A program made the position numbers and the translations under genes. The notes beneath the pieces were generated by a model. That model saw only the letters and a program-made list of their open reading frames with translations, did not search any database and was not told where the DNA came from. DNA of 64,000 nt. Origin: Amphiscolops sp. MND2022. Lineage: Eukaryota. The DNA lies in NCBI GenBank assembly GCA_964187785.1, contig OZ076413.1, positions 65,038,001 through 65,102,000 on the forward strand, in the 5' to 3' direction. This document shows, one piece after another, positions 36,609 through 51,800 of the stretch (position 1 is the first letter of the stretch; the number at the start of each line of letters is the position of its first letter).

Positions 36609-39600
36609 TGTCATTGACCAGTGGATAAGTAAGAAGTTGAATTAAAAACTAGAACCTCCAGAACAAAGTACGTTACAAGTTTCGTGTATACTATAAGATC
36701 AACTGTATTCAAAAGTAGCACCAGCGTTAAATGTTATGTGGTAAGGATGTTTCTATGGCAGGTACTTTGAACTTAAATAGCCATATGAATGGCATCTTCA
36801 TCTCATTCCCCCTTCTGTAGTTAGGGAAACCAGTCCTGACTTCCGGAGGGTTTCTTGGCAATTTGTCCCGTTTGTGTGCCCTCCTTCTTTAGTTTCGGAA
36901 AGGGAGTTGTAAGGAATCTTCGGAGTGGGCTGGAGATGGCTCCAAAACGACCAATATTAGAAATACTCTACCCCTCCTAATTTCTCGATTCGTCTAGCGC
37001 CCTTTATCCTATTTGATCTACGAAGATCAGTTGATTGTTCAAATGTTACTTTATTATTTTTCAACTTTCTCTTTGATTTCGGTTTTACCTTATTTATTAT
37101 TTGCGTTTCCGACGTCCCTTCGGCGATAACGGTTGCGCGTATCGGTGTGGTCTGTTGATCATTTTCCCTCTGGGACAGACGCGGACCGTGGCTGGTACTA
37201 CAATGGATCGGTGTGGTAGGTAGCGGTGTATTTGTTTCGGATGTGTTGTCTTTTTTCGGTTGTGTTTCTTCTGCGGTAGGGTTTTGTTCTTCGTGTTGTT
37301 CGTCCGCTGTTGTAGCGGCTTGTGGTTCGTGAGCGTCCGTTTCTGCATGAGCTGTGATAATGTCACCGTATGTGTATCGTTTCTGCGGCATTGTCGGTAG
37401 GGTGTAACTACTACACGGTTCTTGCGGGCTTTTTGGGATTCCATACTCTTTTATGTGTGTCGCAGAATTCTCCTTGGCAGAATTTCCCATATCTGCGACA
37501 TCTGTTTGTTGGCTCTCGTCTTCCGGTTTTCTTGAAAGCTGAAATTTTATCGATTTTGACGCTAGTTTTTTGTGTATTATTTTCCCTTCAGATGTAGTTA
37601 TAGTATGTTTAGTTTATTTTACTGCCGTTAATAGTTTGTTAGTTTGAAATCTGCAATTTCAAAGCGTTCGGTTTGTTTTCCTTTTCAAAACACTGGTACT
37701 GTTTAAATTCCGGGCTTACCGATCTAGCTCTTTTCTTCGAGTGGTTGAGGACGATGTAATCAGCCATTTCTCCTTCCGAATCATTTATGGTAAATATTTG
37801 GAGCTCCGTTGGTTGTGCTGAATTGTAATTGGTCAGTGTCTTCTTCCAATTAGATAAGAGACATTCAGGTAGTCCGATCGGATTAGTTATCGCCGTGCGA
37901 GGTTTTCGTCCGAAATGCATCTGGAACGGCGTCATGTTTAACTTACTATGTGGAGTTTGTCTGATCGTTTTAATTGCTAGGCTAACACTCTTCGATTATT
38001 AGGCCGTCCGCAATATTTGCTCTAGTTAGCGACTTAATTGTCCGTATGGTTCTTTCCACTTGGCCGGTATCGGTGTGTAAATTCCGTGTGCATCTAATGC
38101 GTTTTATATTTTCTCGGTAACAAAATTCCTTGAATTCGTGACTTTTAAAATAACTACCGGTCGGAACGTATACTCCGTGGTGTTCGTTGTCTGAACAACA
38201 TTTCATTAAAAATTTTAAAACTGTCCGTGAATCGGTATTTTTACAGATTTGAACCGTTGGACATCGACTAAATCGGTCGACGGCCACCAAAATATACACG
38301 TCGCCGCGAGTCTGATTTTATTGGACCAGCGAAGTCCAACTGAATTTCTTGGTTTGGTTCGGACAAAATTTCTAGCTTGTTTTTCTCCGTGGACGGTAAT
38401 TGTGTTACGAGGTTCTTACCTGAGGCTCTGCAGCTGGGGCAGTTTTCTGCCTTCTCTCGAATGTCTTGGTAAATGCCGGGGCCACCAGAACGCTGCCGCT
38501 GATTGATCCATTTTAGTCTCAGACGGGTGTCCTTGATGGAGCATGGCAATGATTGTTGTCCGCATATTTTCGGGTATGATGACCTTGTCGTTGTAGAAGA
38601 GAATACCGAATCTGGTAGTTGAATGGCTCCTATGTGGGCGATACGGATAGAACATGTCTTCGGGCTGATTCTTTTCGAGGGCAGCAATAGCGCTCAAGAT
38701 CTTTACGTCCCTCGCTGTCTCGTCCACGAGCATCGGTAGATCAAGAGCGAAATCTTTCTCTGCTCTTTTAATTCTCTTCTGTGTGTTCATTCTGTTCGTC
38801 GTCCATTGTATTTGGTTAAATCGTCTGTTTCAGTCGGATCAGATTGGTGGTTTCATGATTGCGGAAATTCTGGAGTGCGTTGGTGGGGCATTTCTCTTGT
38901 CGAATGTTGCTCACTTGACTCTCATTATCGGATAGGTTTTGGATGATCCATGACTCGTGGTTGTTTGCTGATATTCTTTCAGCGGTGTTGTTCCCAAGGT
39001 TTCGCAGTAGTGGAAGAAGCGATTGTATATTTGTATGTTTAGTTCCACTGTCCGTTTTCGTGCTTGCTGTGGGGGCCGATATTCTTGTAATCGTTCATGG
39101 TCGCTTCCTTCTCCGACTATTCTCGTCTTTTCTGGCTTTAGGAGTCTTTTTCTCTCCGTCCCGAGTCGGTAGGTATCAGGGGAGTGGCATCTCTTTATAA
39201 ATAAATTCCATATCGATGCCGTTGACTTTGTCCATTTTAGCTTCTGGTGCGGATTGATTGAGATTTAAAAGTTTTGTCGATGAAGTTGGATTAACACCGT
39301 TCAATGGTAGTGAGGCTTCGAGCGAATGATTTTGTTTGTTCTGTTCACGCTTGCGTATGTCATGCTGTGATTGGTCAGTTTTTTGTCTCGGTTTGGTTCG
39401 CTCCGTGAATCTCCTTATGCTTCCGTTCGTTTGATTAAAATCGAATATCCCGTGTATTTGATTTATCACGAAATCTTCTTCGGATTCTGTTTCGGTTTGA
39501 CCGCTTACGTCATTTTCCGTTTCGTTTTCAGCGATGTTTACGATCGATGTCGGCTTAAGTAATACGTCAGCGGAATGTTTTTTCCAGCAGTATAATGTAC

Positions 39601-42471
39601 GTTTACATCAAAGTGGCTCAATCTATCTAACCACCGTGTTAGCCTAGCGCTATACTGCTTGTGCGGCCTATTTCTGTTTAACAACGGTTGGAGTGCTTGA
39701 TAATCGGTTAACAATTTGGCTTTCTTCCCGTAAACGTAATATCTGAAATACTCTAACCCCCATAACGCTCCTAGTAATTCTAGTTCATTAATAGCATATT
39801 TCCTCTCACAATCAGTGAGGAATCTACAAGCGAATGCGACTGGTCTGAATATTTCTCCTTCTTTTTGCCAGAGTGTTGCCCCGAACCCCGTATTACAGGC
39901 GTCTGTCGTCACGTAGTTATCTTTCTTTGGGTCGAAGTGGTCAAGGCATGGCGATTCTGTTATCTCTTTCTTCAGATTCTCGAAATCTTCATCTATTTCG
40001 GGTGTCCACTCCCAACGAGTTTCAACAATTTTCTCATTCTGTCGGTCTTCTTGGATAAATTGTTTATAAATTTTGACAAATGTATCGAACCCAGGAAGGA
40101 TTTGAGCTCTTTGGCATTCTTTGAGGCACTCAATTTCGTTATTGCTTCTGTCTTGTTATTTATCGGCTTTACTCCGCTTTGATTTATGTGGTAACCCAGC
40201 CTAGTTAGTTCTTGTTTAAAGAGTTCAGTTTTCTTTTCGCTTGCTCTGTATCCAGCGTTTTGCAACTTGTTAAGTACTTGCCGTACTTCTTGTTCGTGTT
40301 CGTCAATTGTTCCGTTGGTTACACAATTGATGTCATCTAGCCAAACCGGTTATTCAAATTCCAGCACTTCGTCAATATGCTCTTGGAATGCAGTTGGGAT
40401 ATCCGAAAGCCCGTAAAAAGCCTTTCTTGAATCAGTAGTGGCCAGTGAAGTCTCCTCCGATTATTGACAACACGCAATGTTTTGCTGCTTCTTCGGATAG
40501 TTTTGCCTGCCCATAAGCGTAATCCAAGTCAATTTTTGACATCCAAATTTCTCCGTTGTTTTTAGTAATATCTGCCGATATTTTACTAATTACTTCTTCC
40601 ATGTTTGGCCTTGCCGCCTTTCTCTTGACACATGCCTCGTTTAGCTTTCTTGAATCGAGTGCTGTTTCCACGGATTTGTCATTTTTATGGTGATAACGGC
40701 CGGTGAGATGAAACATTTTTCCGTGGTTTTGTCCGCTTTTTCCAGGTGTCCTTTTTCAATCAGCTTTTCCAATTCATGTTTGACCGTTTTTTAAAAATAT
40801 ATTGGTACTGGCCGTCCCTTTTGTTTTATTGGTTTTGTGTCTTTTTTTCTGTTGGATGTCTATTGTCAAGTCTTTGATTTTGTGGTTGTTTTTGAATAAT
40901 TCTTCGTATTCGTTTATGATCTTCTGTCGTCTTCCGTCAGTTTCGATATGTCGGATAATATTCGTGTTTTGTTTCCTTGTAATCCAAGTTCCAATTTGTC
41001 CAGCCAATCCAATCCCAGCAGGGGTGAGGTGATTTGTTTTCAGTAATTAGTATGGGTAGTACTTCTTTCCTTCATTCCGTTTTCACTTCCACCATGGCCT
41101 CGCCTTTGAATTTTATCGGGTTTTTGTTTACATCTACAAAGCTTTTTGTGCTTTTGTGTATTTCTATTGGACTAATTATCGGCGGTATTATCGTCACTGG
41201 AGAGTCAGTGTCAACAATGAATTCTATTGGCTGTCCCTGGACCAATAGTATCGCTTTGTAGAAGTCTATCCGGTTGATGCCGTTGACGGATTGAATGTGG
41301 TTGATTTCTGGCCATGACTCGGTGTTACTGTCCGTTGTTGGTTCTTTCTGGATCCGACTGACGGTCTTGGATTTGCACGCTTTGGCAAAACGTCCCATTT
41401 TCTAGTAGTTATTGCATTGTGCTCGCCGTGCTGGGCAGATGTGCTCCAATGACCAATTTGGTTTGCCGCAAAAGTGACAGTTACGGTTCGATAGCTTCTT
41501 CTTCCCCGTTTCAGTTATCTTTCGTTTCCGTGCTGGGTGTGTGTAAGCGACTTGTTCTTCACTTGACGAGATATCGGAAGGAAGTTTTCTGTGTTTTTTG
41601 CTCGGCTTCTCATCGCCGTATTTGCGGTTGTAGTTGTCCTGTTCGACGGTTTCAAGGACCATTTGGAGTTTTAATGGCCTGTTTATGAATTTGTCTCGGG
41701 CTTTCATGTCATTGATGGTTGCTACGAATTTGTACGCGATAATCTCTTCTGGTGTGATTCTATTGAATTCGCATTTTCTTTCGATGTCAACAAGTCTTTT
41801 CCCGTATTCATCTAGTGTTTCGTTGTCCTCTTGTCTGATATTGAAGAATTGGGCTCGACTGCGAAAAACATTTCTCGCGGGTATGAATGTTTTATTGAAT
41901 AGTTTCAATAGTTCTGATAGGTCGACGTCTTTCAGCTCTCTGCCCCATTGGCCTCTCAATTTCGTGTTTGGCTTTGGGACCTAATGCCCAAATAACATAT
42001 CCCTTGATGTGATACACGGTATGTGGGTCCATTTGATCGGTGCCTTGATCCATCATTTCGTCTAAATTCCGATTGTACGTAAGATGTATGTAATCGGAAA
42101 TTTGCTCCCACAACATTCGTGGGTTTATTTTTGTCAAATCAGTCTCTCTGTCCGATAAAATCGTGATTTTGTATTTATTCTTCTCCGTTCGGTCTGCTGT
42201 TGTCTGGTTCATCATCGTTTGATTCAGGGCCAGTTGGGCCGGTTGTACCGAAGTATTCGGGTCTGAGTGTGTGTCCATTAGATTGCTGACTGCGCCATGT
42301 AATTGACCACTGGATAAGTGAGAAGTGAATAAAGTACGTTACAAGTTTCGTGTATACTATACGATCAACTGTATTCAAAAGTAGCACCAGCGTTAAATGT
42401 TATGTGGTATGAATGTTTCTATGGCAGGTACGTTGAACTTAAATGGCCATACGAATGGCATCTTCATCTCA
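36609..42471 (-). mobile_element. Ty3/gypsy element C, full length, decayed
   Basis: LTRs 36609-36805 and 42298-42471 (~95% plus a ~22-bp indel). TSD ACCCT (36604-08, 42472-76). PBS TGGCGCAGTCAGCA abuts the LTR. PPT AGAAGGGGGAA. gag CHFCGKPNWSLEHIC, protease DTDSP, RT WLDD, RNase H and integrase DFAGP. Confidence 0.95.
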
Positions 42472-43945
42472 ACCCTTGTTGTAACTTTTACGATTTTATA
42501 GGCTACCAAGCAATTTTGCATGATTTTTGGAGTTTCATAGAAAATCATTCATGCTAAATAGTTTAATGAATTTTGTCTATAGACAAAGCTAACCGCTTTT
42601 CTTTGTGCAATTTGATCATCAAGTATCTTGTCAGCTCATCTGCGGATATTGTTGACTTCGCCATTAAAGCAGCTTCAACAATTCCATCCATCTGTCCCAG
42701 TGCTGAGATTTCCCCAGCAACTTCCTGCCAGAAGATGAGATTTACCGAGACAGGATCATCTTGAGCTCGCAGCGCCATGAATTGTGTGCAAGATGTTTTA
42801 ATTTTGTTACTTTGAGCTATTGGTTAATTTTCCTTTGGCAATGAAGTTATCTCAAAACACCACTCTATTTCTGAGGCCTGACCATAACTGAGTGATTGGA
42901 ATCGTCCACCCATCGACTGCTAAAGCTACTTACTAGATTTCACTAACCTTTGACGGAGGAAATTTCGACATACTCTGCACTAAGTGAGGAACGAGAAAGA
43001 GGTAATATTGAAATGATTTATTGAGCTAGAAATCATTTGAAAATACACATCACAGATGATAAAAATATAAAAGGTGTATTTTCGAAATTAGAAATCAAAC
43101 CAAGATTAATTAGAAGGTGGTTGTCTTCACGTAATAGGATGTTTCACACGCTATTATTGAGAGGTGGGGCAGACAGGCAGGGGCACTTCAGGAGGCGAAG
43201 AGAGTACAACAACGGGCAGGGGGGGTCAAATCTCCCCCTCCTTACAACTAAAGGTCAGGTCAGCAGGCTCTGAAAAATCAGTAAAAGAAGGAAATGTCGT
43301 CATACGGCCAGTTAACACCCGCGGTCATAACAAACATCCTAACTTATGCAACTATTTAGCTCTGCTTCTATTCGGAATTGGTTGAAGAAAACTAACAGTC
43401 GGAGCATTGCAAATATTTTGTTTCGTTATAACCGATATTCGCTAGAACCGGAGTTAACTGTATATATAGTTGATATAAAGTTGAGTGAACAACAACAACA
43501 ACATATTTAAATGCATCATCAGATCAGAATCGTCATTGCATTGGACGAGGATGGCACAAATTCACAAGATTTTAGTCAATTTTACAGAAAAAAGTCACAT
43601 TTCACGCTTAAATTCAAGGTAACTTTCAAAAATTCGGGATTCTACGAACGAAAAATCCTTGTTTTCCTACATTAATTTCAAGGACCACCACCAATTTTCA
43701 AAACATAATTTCTCGTAATCTACATAGACATTTTCAACCAATGTCACGGATTTATGGGAATGCAACTTTTCCACAATTTCACACGGCGTGAATTTGGGCC
43801 ATTCCTGCTTTGGACCACATGAACAACATCTAATCAAAAGTAGCACATCCAGCTGCACATCTACAAAGCCCCACAGCTGTCGATGCTGCTGCTACTGGTT
43901 AATCTACAAATCCACATCGCAACTTCGTCTCCATGGTATAGTACA

Positions 43946-44447
43946 CAGCCTGTTACGGCAAATTTCACAATTTGGAAACTTTTATTACGTTTTACCAACA
44001 CAACAGAAATCATTTTTTAAATTAGAGAGTTCTGTAGTAGTTATTCGATGACTTGTTCATGCATCGAGAAATTAATTTCAGTCGAGACCGCATCTCGAGA
44101 CTGAAATGATTTTCGAGATGCGTGAACAAGCCATCGAATAATCAGTTTAAGCCAAACTTTTCTAAACAGTGCATCAACAATTTAATGCACTGTTTTGTCT
44201 GTTAATGCACTGTTTATAACTAAATCTGTTAATGCATCGTTAAATTATTAATCAATTGACTGTTCACGCACAAGTGTGGCTCGATTGGATGGATTCCTCG
44301 AGAACGGCTTGTAGACTGAAGGAAATTGAACGCGAATCTAAGTTTCCGGAAATTAGAGCTTCCGGTTGTTTGAAAAAAGCTGACATTTAGTCACATGTTC
44401 ATAAAACATGATTTGAAGAATGTTGTCAACTTTGCCGTAACAGACTG
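43946..44447. mobile_element. Tc1/mariner-type MITE of the same family as 54867-55115
   Basis: TIR CAG(C/T)CTGTTACGGCAAA; TA on the right side; 44330-44447 resembles the reverse complement of 54867-54970. Confidence 0.65.
44041..44141. repeat. ~100-bp imperfect fold-back hairpin
   Basis: TTATTCGATGACTTGTTCATGCATC...GATGCGTGAACAAGCCATCGAATAA, with a loop near CCGCA. Confidence 0.85.
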
Positions 44448-45835
44448 TAGTACTGAATGAAATTACTCGAACGAATTGAAGCAACTTGGCATTTTCATTC
44501 AACTCATCTAATATCAAAAACGTCCAAATTCAGGTTTAGCAATATTTTAACTTCGAACGTACACAACAGATATACCGTAGTCAAAAACTCGCTGTTAAGA
44601 AAGCAGTTCAATAAAAAAAACTTGGTCACAATTTTACTGATATCCCGGTCAGTAAAAAATTTAACGAATGTTTTCGACACGAAATTTGGCTAGAAAATTC
44701 TATTGATGCTACGGAGAAGCGAAGTTGCAGCACATTAAATACTAAAATCATTTTCAATCTGTTTAATCAAATCTATTGATTTCAAAGTGAGCTTTATCAT
44801 CAGTGGGGAAAACTGACATAAATAATTCAGAAAAGGTCGCAAATTCAACTTATGCATGGATTTGATTGGACTTGGAACAAAGATTTAATTCAACAGGCAA
44901 ACTATAGTGAATAATTTCAACCGCGGCTGAACAACAAACGAATATGATTGGTTGTTTAGCTGTCGTGGACCTCTCTGATTGGTCCATTTGGCAAACAAAT
45001 CTGATTGGATACTCGAGAGTACTAAAATTTGATTGGTTGATCAGTCGTGGGGAAAGTAATTATTTATTTGAATTGTGTGCGTGAGAAAACTTGAACAAAT
45101 TAACCTACACTAAGCAATGGTACAAAATGAATGCGCTTGCAACTCAAGACAGTCAACAAAGGATCATCCAGTGATTGATGTAAATGATTTATAAATTTAA
45201 TTTGTCATCATACCCAACTTCATTTTCACCATTATGTCGAAACACACGAAAAAAATGACGCAGATGTGTTAATGTATACCAATTGTATAATACAATTCTT
45301 CGAGCTTTCTCAAAGTAGACTCTGAGCCCAATTTTTTTAAAGATAGACTCTGAGCTACTGCATATTGTAATATTGCAAAAAACAAGCGGCAGCTTGAAAG
45401 AAAAAAACATTTGTCAGTGTACTTTCGTCTCTTTGTTTGTATTCATATTTTTTACATACATACAAATGCAATGCAATGAAAAATGCTTTTCCTTTCCTTG
45501 ACTTGGTCAATTTTTCTCGGGAATTTTCTCAAGACTGAGCCAATAGCTCTTGAATCAGCTGAATAGCCGAATGACGATGAATGAAGTTGGGAGCTGGTTT
45601 AAATATGCCATAAATGAAAAGTGAAAAAGTAGAAAACAAAAAAATAGACAAAATAAAGTTACTCAATACACTCAATCATTGTTTCAACAAGTTCACTGTG
45701 TTCCAGCCAAGCAATAGAAATATTCACCAAAAACAGGAGAAGGGAAATTGAAACAAAAGAAGAAGACCGGAAGAAGACAAAGTCAGCGGACTTGACTGAC
45801 TCAATTTGAGAGCTGATGCGGCCTGTTGTTTGTTG

Positions 45836-48800
45836 TTACACGATAGAAGTTTCTAATTCTGGGTCTGCCGCAGCCGCCGCCTTGTTATTCTTGTTCTTCT
45901 TGAAGGTGGAAAAAGAGAAGGGACTGTTGCTGGAATCTGATTGGCCCACACCAAGCCCACTGCCGTTGACCCCGGCGGGGTTGTTGGGGTCATATGCTCT
46001 GGGAGAGGGCGAGTTCTTAGCCAGGTTGTTCGAAAAAGAGAGCGACTCCAGCTGTGCTTGAGGTGAGTTCGGCGTCGGAAGTCTCAACGATGCACTGCTG
46101 AAAAAAGTCAACCCAAAATGTAACAAAGAATGGACAGTGATAAAAGGTCAGCAAAATGCGCTATGTCTGAACATTCGAAATATTTTACATTATATCAGGA
46201 AAGCTATTAGTATAGTTTTTATTCAATCTAACCTCAAGGACCGTGCGTACCAAAATCACAAAACTATTTCAAGCAGCAAGTTTTGGAGCCCATACTGTAG
46301 GGGCAGAGACGGGAGGTTTTATGAAAAGGTGTAAATTACACTGCATAGCCTCCTTGCACTGTAATAACGGTCCGATCAAAAAATATGAATAGACTACAAC
46401 GTAAACAAAAGGAGGATAAATTATACAAAAACAGCGTATCATTTTTATAGATCGAGAAAAGTTATATGTAGCAGTGCCAGCGCGTCGTATAAAAAAGGAA
46501 GCATCATCAGGCCAGCCTTATAACTAAGTAATTATAACTAACAAATTATAGACCAATTATACACAAAAATTATGAAAAACTAGTGATATTTCATCAATTA
46601 ACGAAATACATATTCATTTGCAGAACAGCATACACTGTTGTTTGAAGCTATACCCTGCTTTGAATTTTACAAATGAAAAATTTTGTCACTTTTACTGCAG
46701 CAAAAACTCATCCATTGAAAAAAACATCCGAAAATATTCAAAACATTTACTATTTTTAAACCGACAAATTTAAGACTAATCGGCAAACAAAAACTAACAG
46801 CAGACTGGCATTTTGGAATGTTCAGTTCGACTTTATTTTCCACCGATGCTTTTCATAAATGCGAAAGAAAATTGACATCACAGTCACCCGTTTTGAAACG
46901 AAATCTGCAAGATAAGTGGAAAGGACCCCGCTCCATAGCGAGTGACTTGCTTAAAAACACGATGTTTTTGGTACCTGGTGTAAGGTGAGCTGGAGTGTCC
47001 GTTGTACAGGGGGGAGGGCGAGTTATTTGAGTGGGGATGGGTAACCCCTGGCCCTGCCCCGATGGGAAGGACGGGCGATCTGTTGTTGTTGGATGATGAC
47101 GAGAGCACGTGATCTTGAGAGGGGGACCTCATGTGCGAGTGGGCAGCAGAGGTGAAGCTGCCTTCGTTCTCGCCCTCGAAGGAGCCACTGCTGATCGATT
47201 TGAGACAGTCGTAGATGAAATTGAAACAGTCCTGAAATACAACAGCAAAACGTCGTCATTGTCCCTTCTCTACAATCAATCTCTAAGGGTCTCTACACAG
47301 ATGCAACAGTTCTATTTTGTTCTATTATCTTGCGAGTTCTCTGACCTCCATTCAAAAAAGGGAAAACATCGCGGTGCCACTGCGTTTCGTAAATAGGCTA
47401 AGGAACCAGTCTACACTGGGTTGGCTAGAACCCCTTGATATATGATTAACAAAAACCAGAAGCCACGGCTAATCCTTTAAATGAAAAATTGTTGTAAACA
47501 GTTTGATATCACTGCACGTTGAAAGGATCAAAATAGGATTGAATAATGATGATTAATGTTCAACCTGCAAACATTTTCCCGAATAATGTCAAGAATCCAC
47601 CCCTCCCAATTTCAGGATGGGCTTACTAATATTTCTAAACTGTGAGATGTATATTTTTGCAATTATACAAAAAGTTCATCCAACATTTCAGCATAAATTT
47701 TCAGATAAAACCATTTAAAAACCCACAGGAAGCAAATCTTCAAATCACTAAGAGAATTCTCATTTTCAATTTTTGAAGGTTGCATGCGAGCTTGCAAGTA
47801 TATTAAATATAATACCTAAGAGTTAAAACAAGACTGCCTATATGAACCACTGACATTTTGGTTTTGTTGAATCTGCACACACGCCAAAACTTTTCATGTA
47901 TGTCAGTGGAAAAATCCGCATCTATTTAAATTTTATGACGAAAAAAACTCTAAACTCTTGGCTCAGTGGTTAGCGTAAGCGTGCGGAGCTGGGGAGCAGA
48001 AGTTCATCGGATCGAAAACCGCGTTGGTCTGAACATTTTTCACGTTGGCAAAATCAGACGATACCAAAGTGTCCTCTTTGGGTTTTTCTTGTTTTCATTT
48101 GGACAAGATTTTTGGTCCTAGAGGCCTCGCAATGTTTTCTTTATCAACACGGACTTTTTCAAATATCTTCAGTTTGGGAAAAACGATTTTTGAGTCTTAG
48201 GGGTCCCTCATTCGGGTCAACTTCGGCACTGTGAGATTGGCGAGAGAGAGTTTTCTCAATAATTTACCTCTAGCTAGCATATTGATGCACTGAAAGCCTA
48301 CTTTCTTTAATATTTCATCTTAAGGAAAATGTTCAAAAGAATTTCGACAGGTTCAACTTTACCAAAACTTATCAACTCATTTTGCAAGTTTCATACTTTG
48401 CATGTTGAATGAAACAACTTTGCCCCAGATGATCATTTTTATGAGAAGTTCAAGTATGTTTTTGCATCATTGAGTGACTCATGCAGTGTTTGCTGCTGTT
48501 GATCGAGGGATTATCAATCAAATTCAGTCCAAATAACAAAATATTCCGACTTATTGAACAATGAATTCAGTTGAATGAAACTTGGCGGCGTAGTCCAATC
48601 ATCGGGAACGGAAGGATAGAATGTTCTCATGAACTGAGCTCGATTAGAAATGACAAGTTTGAGTGACATAGGATTGTACTAGGTGAACCAAAAAACGGAA
48701 CACACAATGTATTCAGTCTTCAAAATTGTAATATTTGTAAACAAGACACTGATGATCATTCACTTTTTCGTCAATCATCCTCTCATTACGTAATCAAATC

Positions 48801-51800
48801 TTCAACAAAGAATGATTCGAACCTTCAGAAAAAGTCTAGACGTCTTTACCAGCAATTTCGTTCACACTTTTGATGTCTCAAAGTTCATTTGGATCGAAAA
48901 AAATTGTCGAATGATTCACAATCTTATTTGCAGCGTTCAACAAAGTCGTTTTGAAACGTTTGTCGACAAATATTTGAAGTTTGAAAGCTCACACTTTATT
49001 TCATACGTTCCATTTTTTTGTGGTTCACCTAGTATCTATCTGATAATCTAGTATCACAGGTACTAACAATGTCAGTAGTTCGGTAAGGGAAAATTGTGAA
49101 TCTCTGTTCTAGGAGTCTGTGGATCACTGCGGGCACATTACAAGATTTCGTCTGTTCCAAGTCTTGACTAAGAATCCATATTGCACAAAACAGAGCACTA
49201 CGAAGCCCGCCAGTTCTGAAACACAATTTCACTCAAAATATCAATTATGTTCAAATCAAGATTGAAGAAGTATTTAACTTCTGAATCTCGTTATGAACTT
49301 CCATATTACGCTTTGTATGCGTGGCGAGATTTTCGTAAAAACTGACAATTTTATAGGCAAGTGGGTTCCGCTTTTAACATTATCCTAACTTAGGAAACTT
49401 AGTTTTATTGAAGAAAATATTTGTTTCATTCATCGTTTAATAGAATCATTTTGCGCACTTTCAATACTATCCTTAACTGTAACTAGTTCTGCACAGGAAC
49501 CATAGTATTGAATATAGTGTTTCTCATAATCATCATCATCATCATCATCATGTTCAATTCAATGCAGTAAAGGACCAGTATTGACACTGCAAAGAACCTC
49601 TGCAACGGATATGACACTACGAATAGTCTTCGACATCCCTCATTGCAACATGGGCTCTTGGACGGTTTTTCTCCAAAATGAACCCGGGTTTTCGTGCCCA
49701 CGGTCCTTTCAGGGCCATACCATTTTATTAGCTAATACCATTTTATGTAGCTAATTGTTAGAAACTTCAAACAATTGATTTTTTAAAATGTTTTCGAGTT
49801 GCCTCGAAAAACACCAAGTGTCCAAGACATGGCCGCAATAGCACTATGAGTTGCATGGAGAAACAATACGGGAACAATAGCAACTGATGATGATGATGAG
49901 AAACACTATATTCAATAGTATCAGAAATAGTTACAACTAAAAACTCATGATAGTATTGAAAATATACAAATTTTATTAAAAGATGAAGCTAATTTTAAAC
50001 CAGAACCGCATGTACGATAAAGAAGTCGGGTCAGGACTTTTTCCTTCTGACTCGCTCGAATCTCAGTCATACAATTTTGATGCAATTGCGCACCTTTGGG
50101 AGTAGAATGATTGTGAAAAATTTTATGAAAATAGTATGTACAGTTTCTGGGAAACTAGATTTTCATTGAAAGGTCGTGAGAAAAAAGGTACGATTGCATA
50201 ATTAGTCGAAAAATTTTTCCGACTCCTAAAAATAATTATAACCTCAATAATGTCAGGATTAATACTATGAAAGGATTAATGAAAAACAGCAGAAGATGTG
50301 AAATTTGCACTGACAGGCACTGAACAACGAGAGGTTTGGAGCAATCGCAAGAGAGCAGGGAGGACTCGTCAGGGGCAGCGGCAGAGTTGGAGCTGCATCT
50401 GTTCATGAGGGAGTCCCTGAAGCGTCTCTTGAGGAGACAGTTGCAGGCGCCCCTCCTGTTCGGGGCTGACGTCATACTGGGGGGCGGTGACGTCATGAGC
50501 TGTCCCCTGTGGTGCTGCTGCTGCTGTTGACAGGAGCCGATGAGGTCGCGCCTGATGAGGGACACGAAGTGCGCGAAGTGGCACGAGTTGAGAGGGGGCC
50601 CGGTGGAGCCCTCCAGAAAGAGGTACTGCACGTGCGTGATTTGCCACTCTTCGCCACGCGCCAGCATCTCGTCATCCTCAAACCAATATTTCATAGTACA
50701 ATAGGAGGCCAATGCAATTTCAATTACCATCACCATGGTTGGTGAGGACGTTGTCAAAATGGAAAGTGAAATTTTCAAAACTTTTTGATTGGAATTTAGA
50801 TGCCAGTTTGTCATTATGATTTTTAGCTCAGGTATATCGGAAGAAGTCGGTGCCCCGCTTGAAGCTCAAAAATAGCAACAGGACTTCAAAGTGTCAAGTA
50901 TTATTCTGTTCCATAGTACCCGAAAAACCCAAAGGCACGCCTAATTTTTTAACACCCAATCTGTTGCTAAATATCAAAAAATGAAGGGGACCCTTTAGTC
51001 TCGCCCGGAATTGTATGTTACGCGGAAAAAAAAGCAAAAACCTTTTTGGTTCAGTTCCCTAGGTCAACAAGTACAATTCAAAATTTTGTAGAACTTTTGG
51101 TAGAACTCTTTTGGTAAGTTCAGGTGTACCGAAAAAAAAACAACCGACGAAAAGCCATGACTATAATCGACTCTTTTCTCAAGAAAAGCGCCGACTAAAA
51201 AATACTTTAAAATGGCTCTTTATACCGATCGATCGTTTTACTCTCGATAAGGAAGTGCAACAAAAATTTGGAAACAATGAACAAAATATGATTGTTTCTT
51301 TCTCACGAACATGAATATTATGGTATATGTCATTGCAGCAGCGGCTGTGGCGGTGGTACTTACATCAGTGACGGTGAGAGCAAGTTGTCTGTACACAGCC
51401 TTGGTGTTTCTGTTGGGCTTGGAGCAGCCACTGGGTGCGTGGTTGTTGTTGATGCCAGTGGGGGAGCTATCGGCCCCCATTTCCTCGGCAGGCATGAAGT
51501 CGTACTTGGCCACAAGTCGCACGTTGATACGTCCGAACTTCAACACCTGAAAGGCAAAAAAAACATCTCCGCTTTATTAAAACCAGTGGCCAGGGGACCG
51601 AGGTTTTAAGAGAGTTTTCTGGGTCTTGAAGTACGACTACAGTGAAAACTAGAAAAAGTTCCGAGCATTTTAGCATTTTTCCCAAAAATTTGAACTTGTT
51701 TATACTGATGGACAGGGTTTTGACATCGCTAACTTTATAACTGCTAATCGCTAAACGGCTAATTTCGCGATTTCAAAATCGCTAATTAGTAGTAATTTTT

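Noticed and set aside
42560-42960. LAVDGWT motif and 71-aa ORF as a hAT transposase remnant split by element C
   Set aside because: This is a single short motif in a broken frame, with no further motifs or TIRs that I could confirm.
50590-50630. CTGATGAG..GAA as a hammerhead ribozyme core
   Set aside because: There is no GAAA or stem II, and it is the antisense of a PTP exon.
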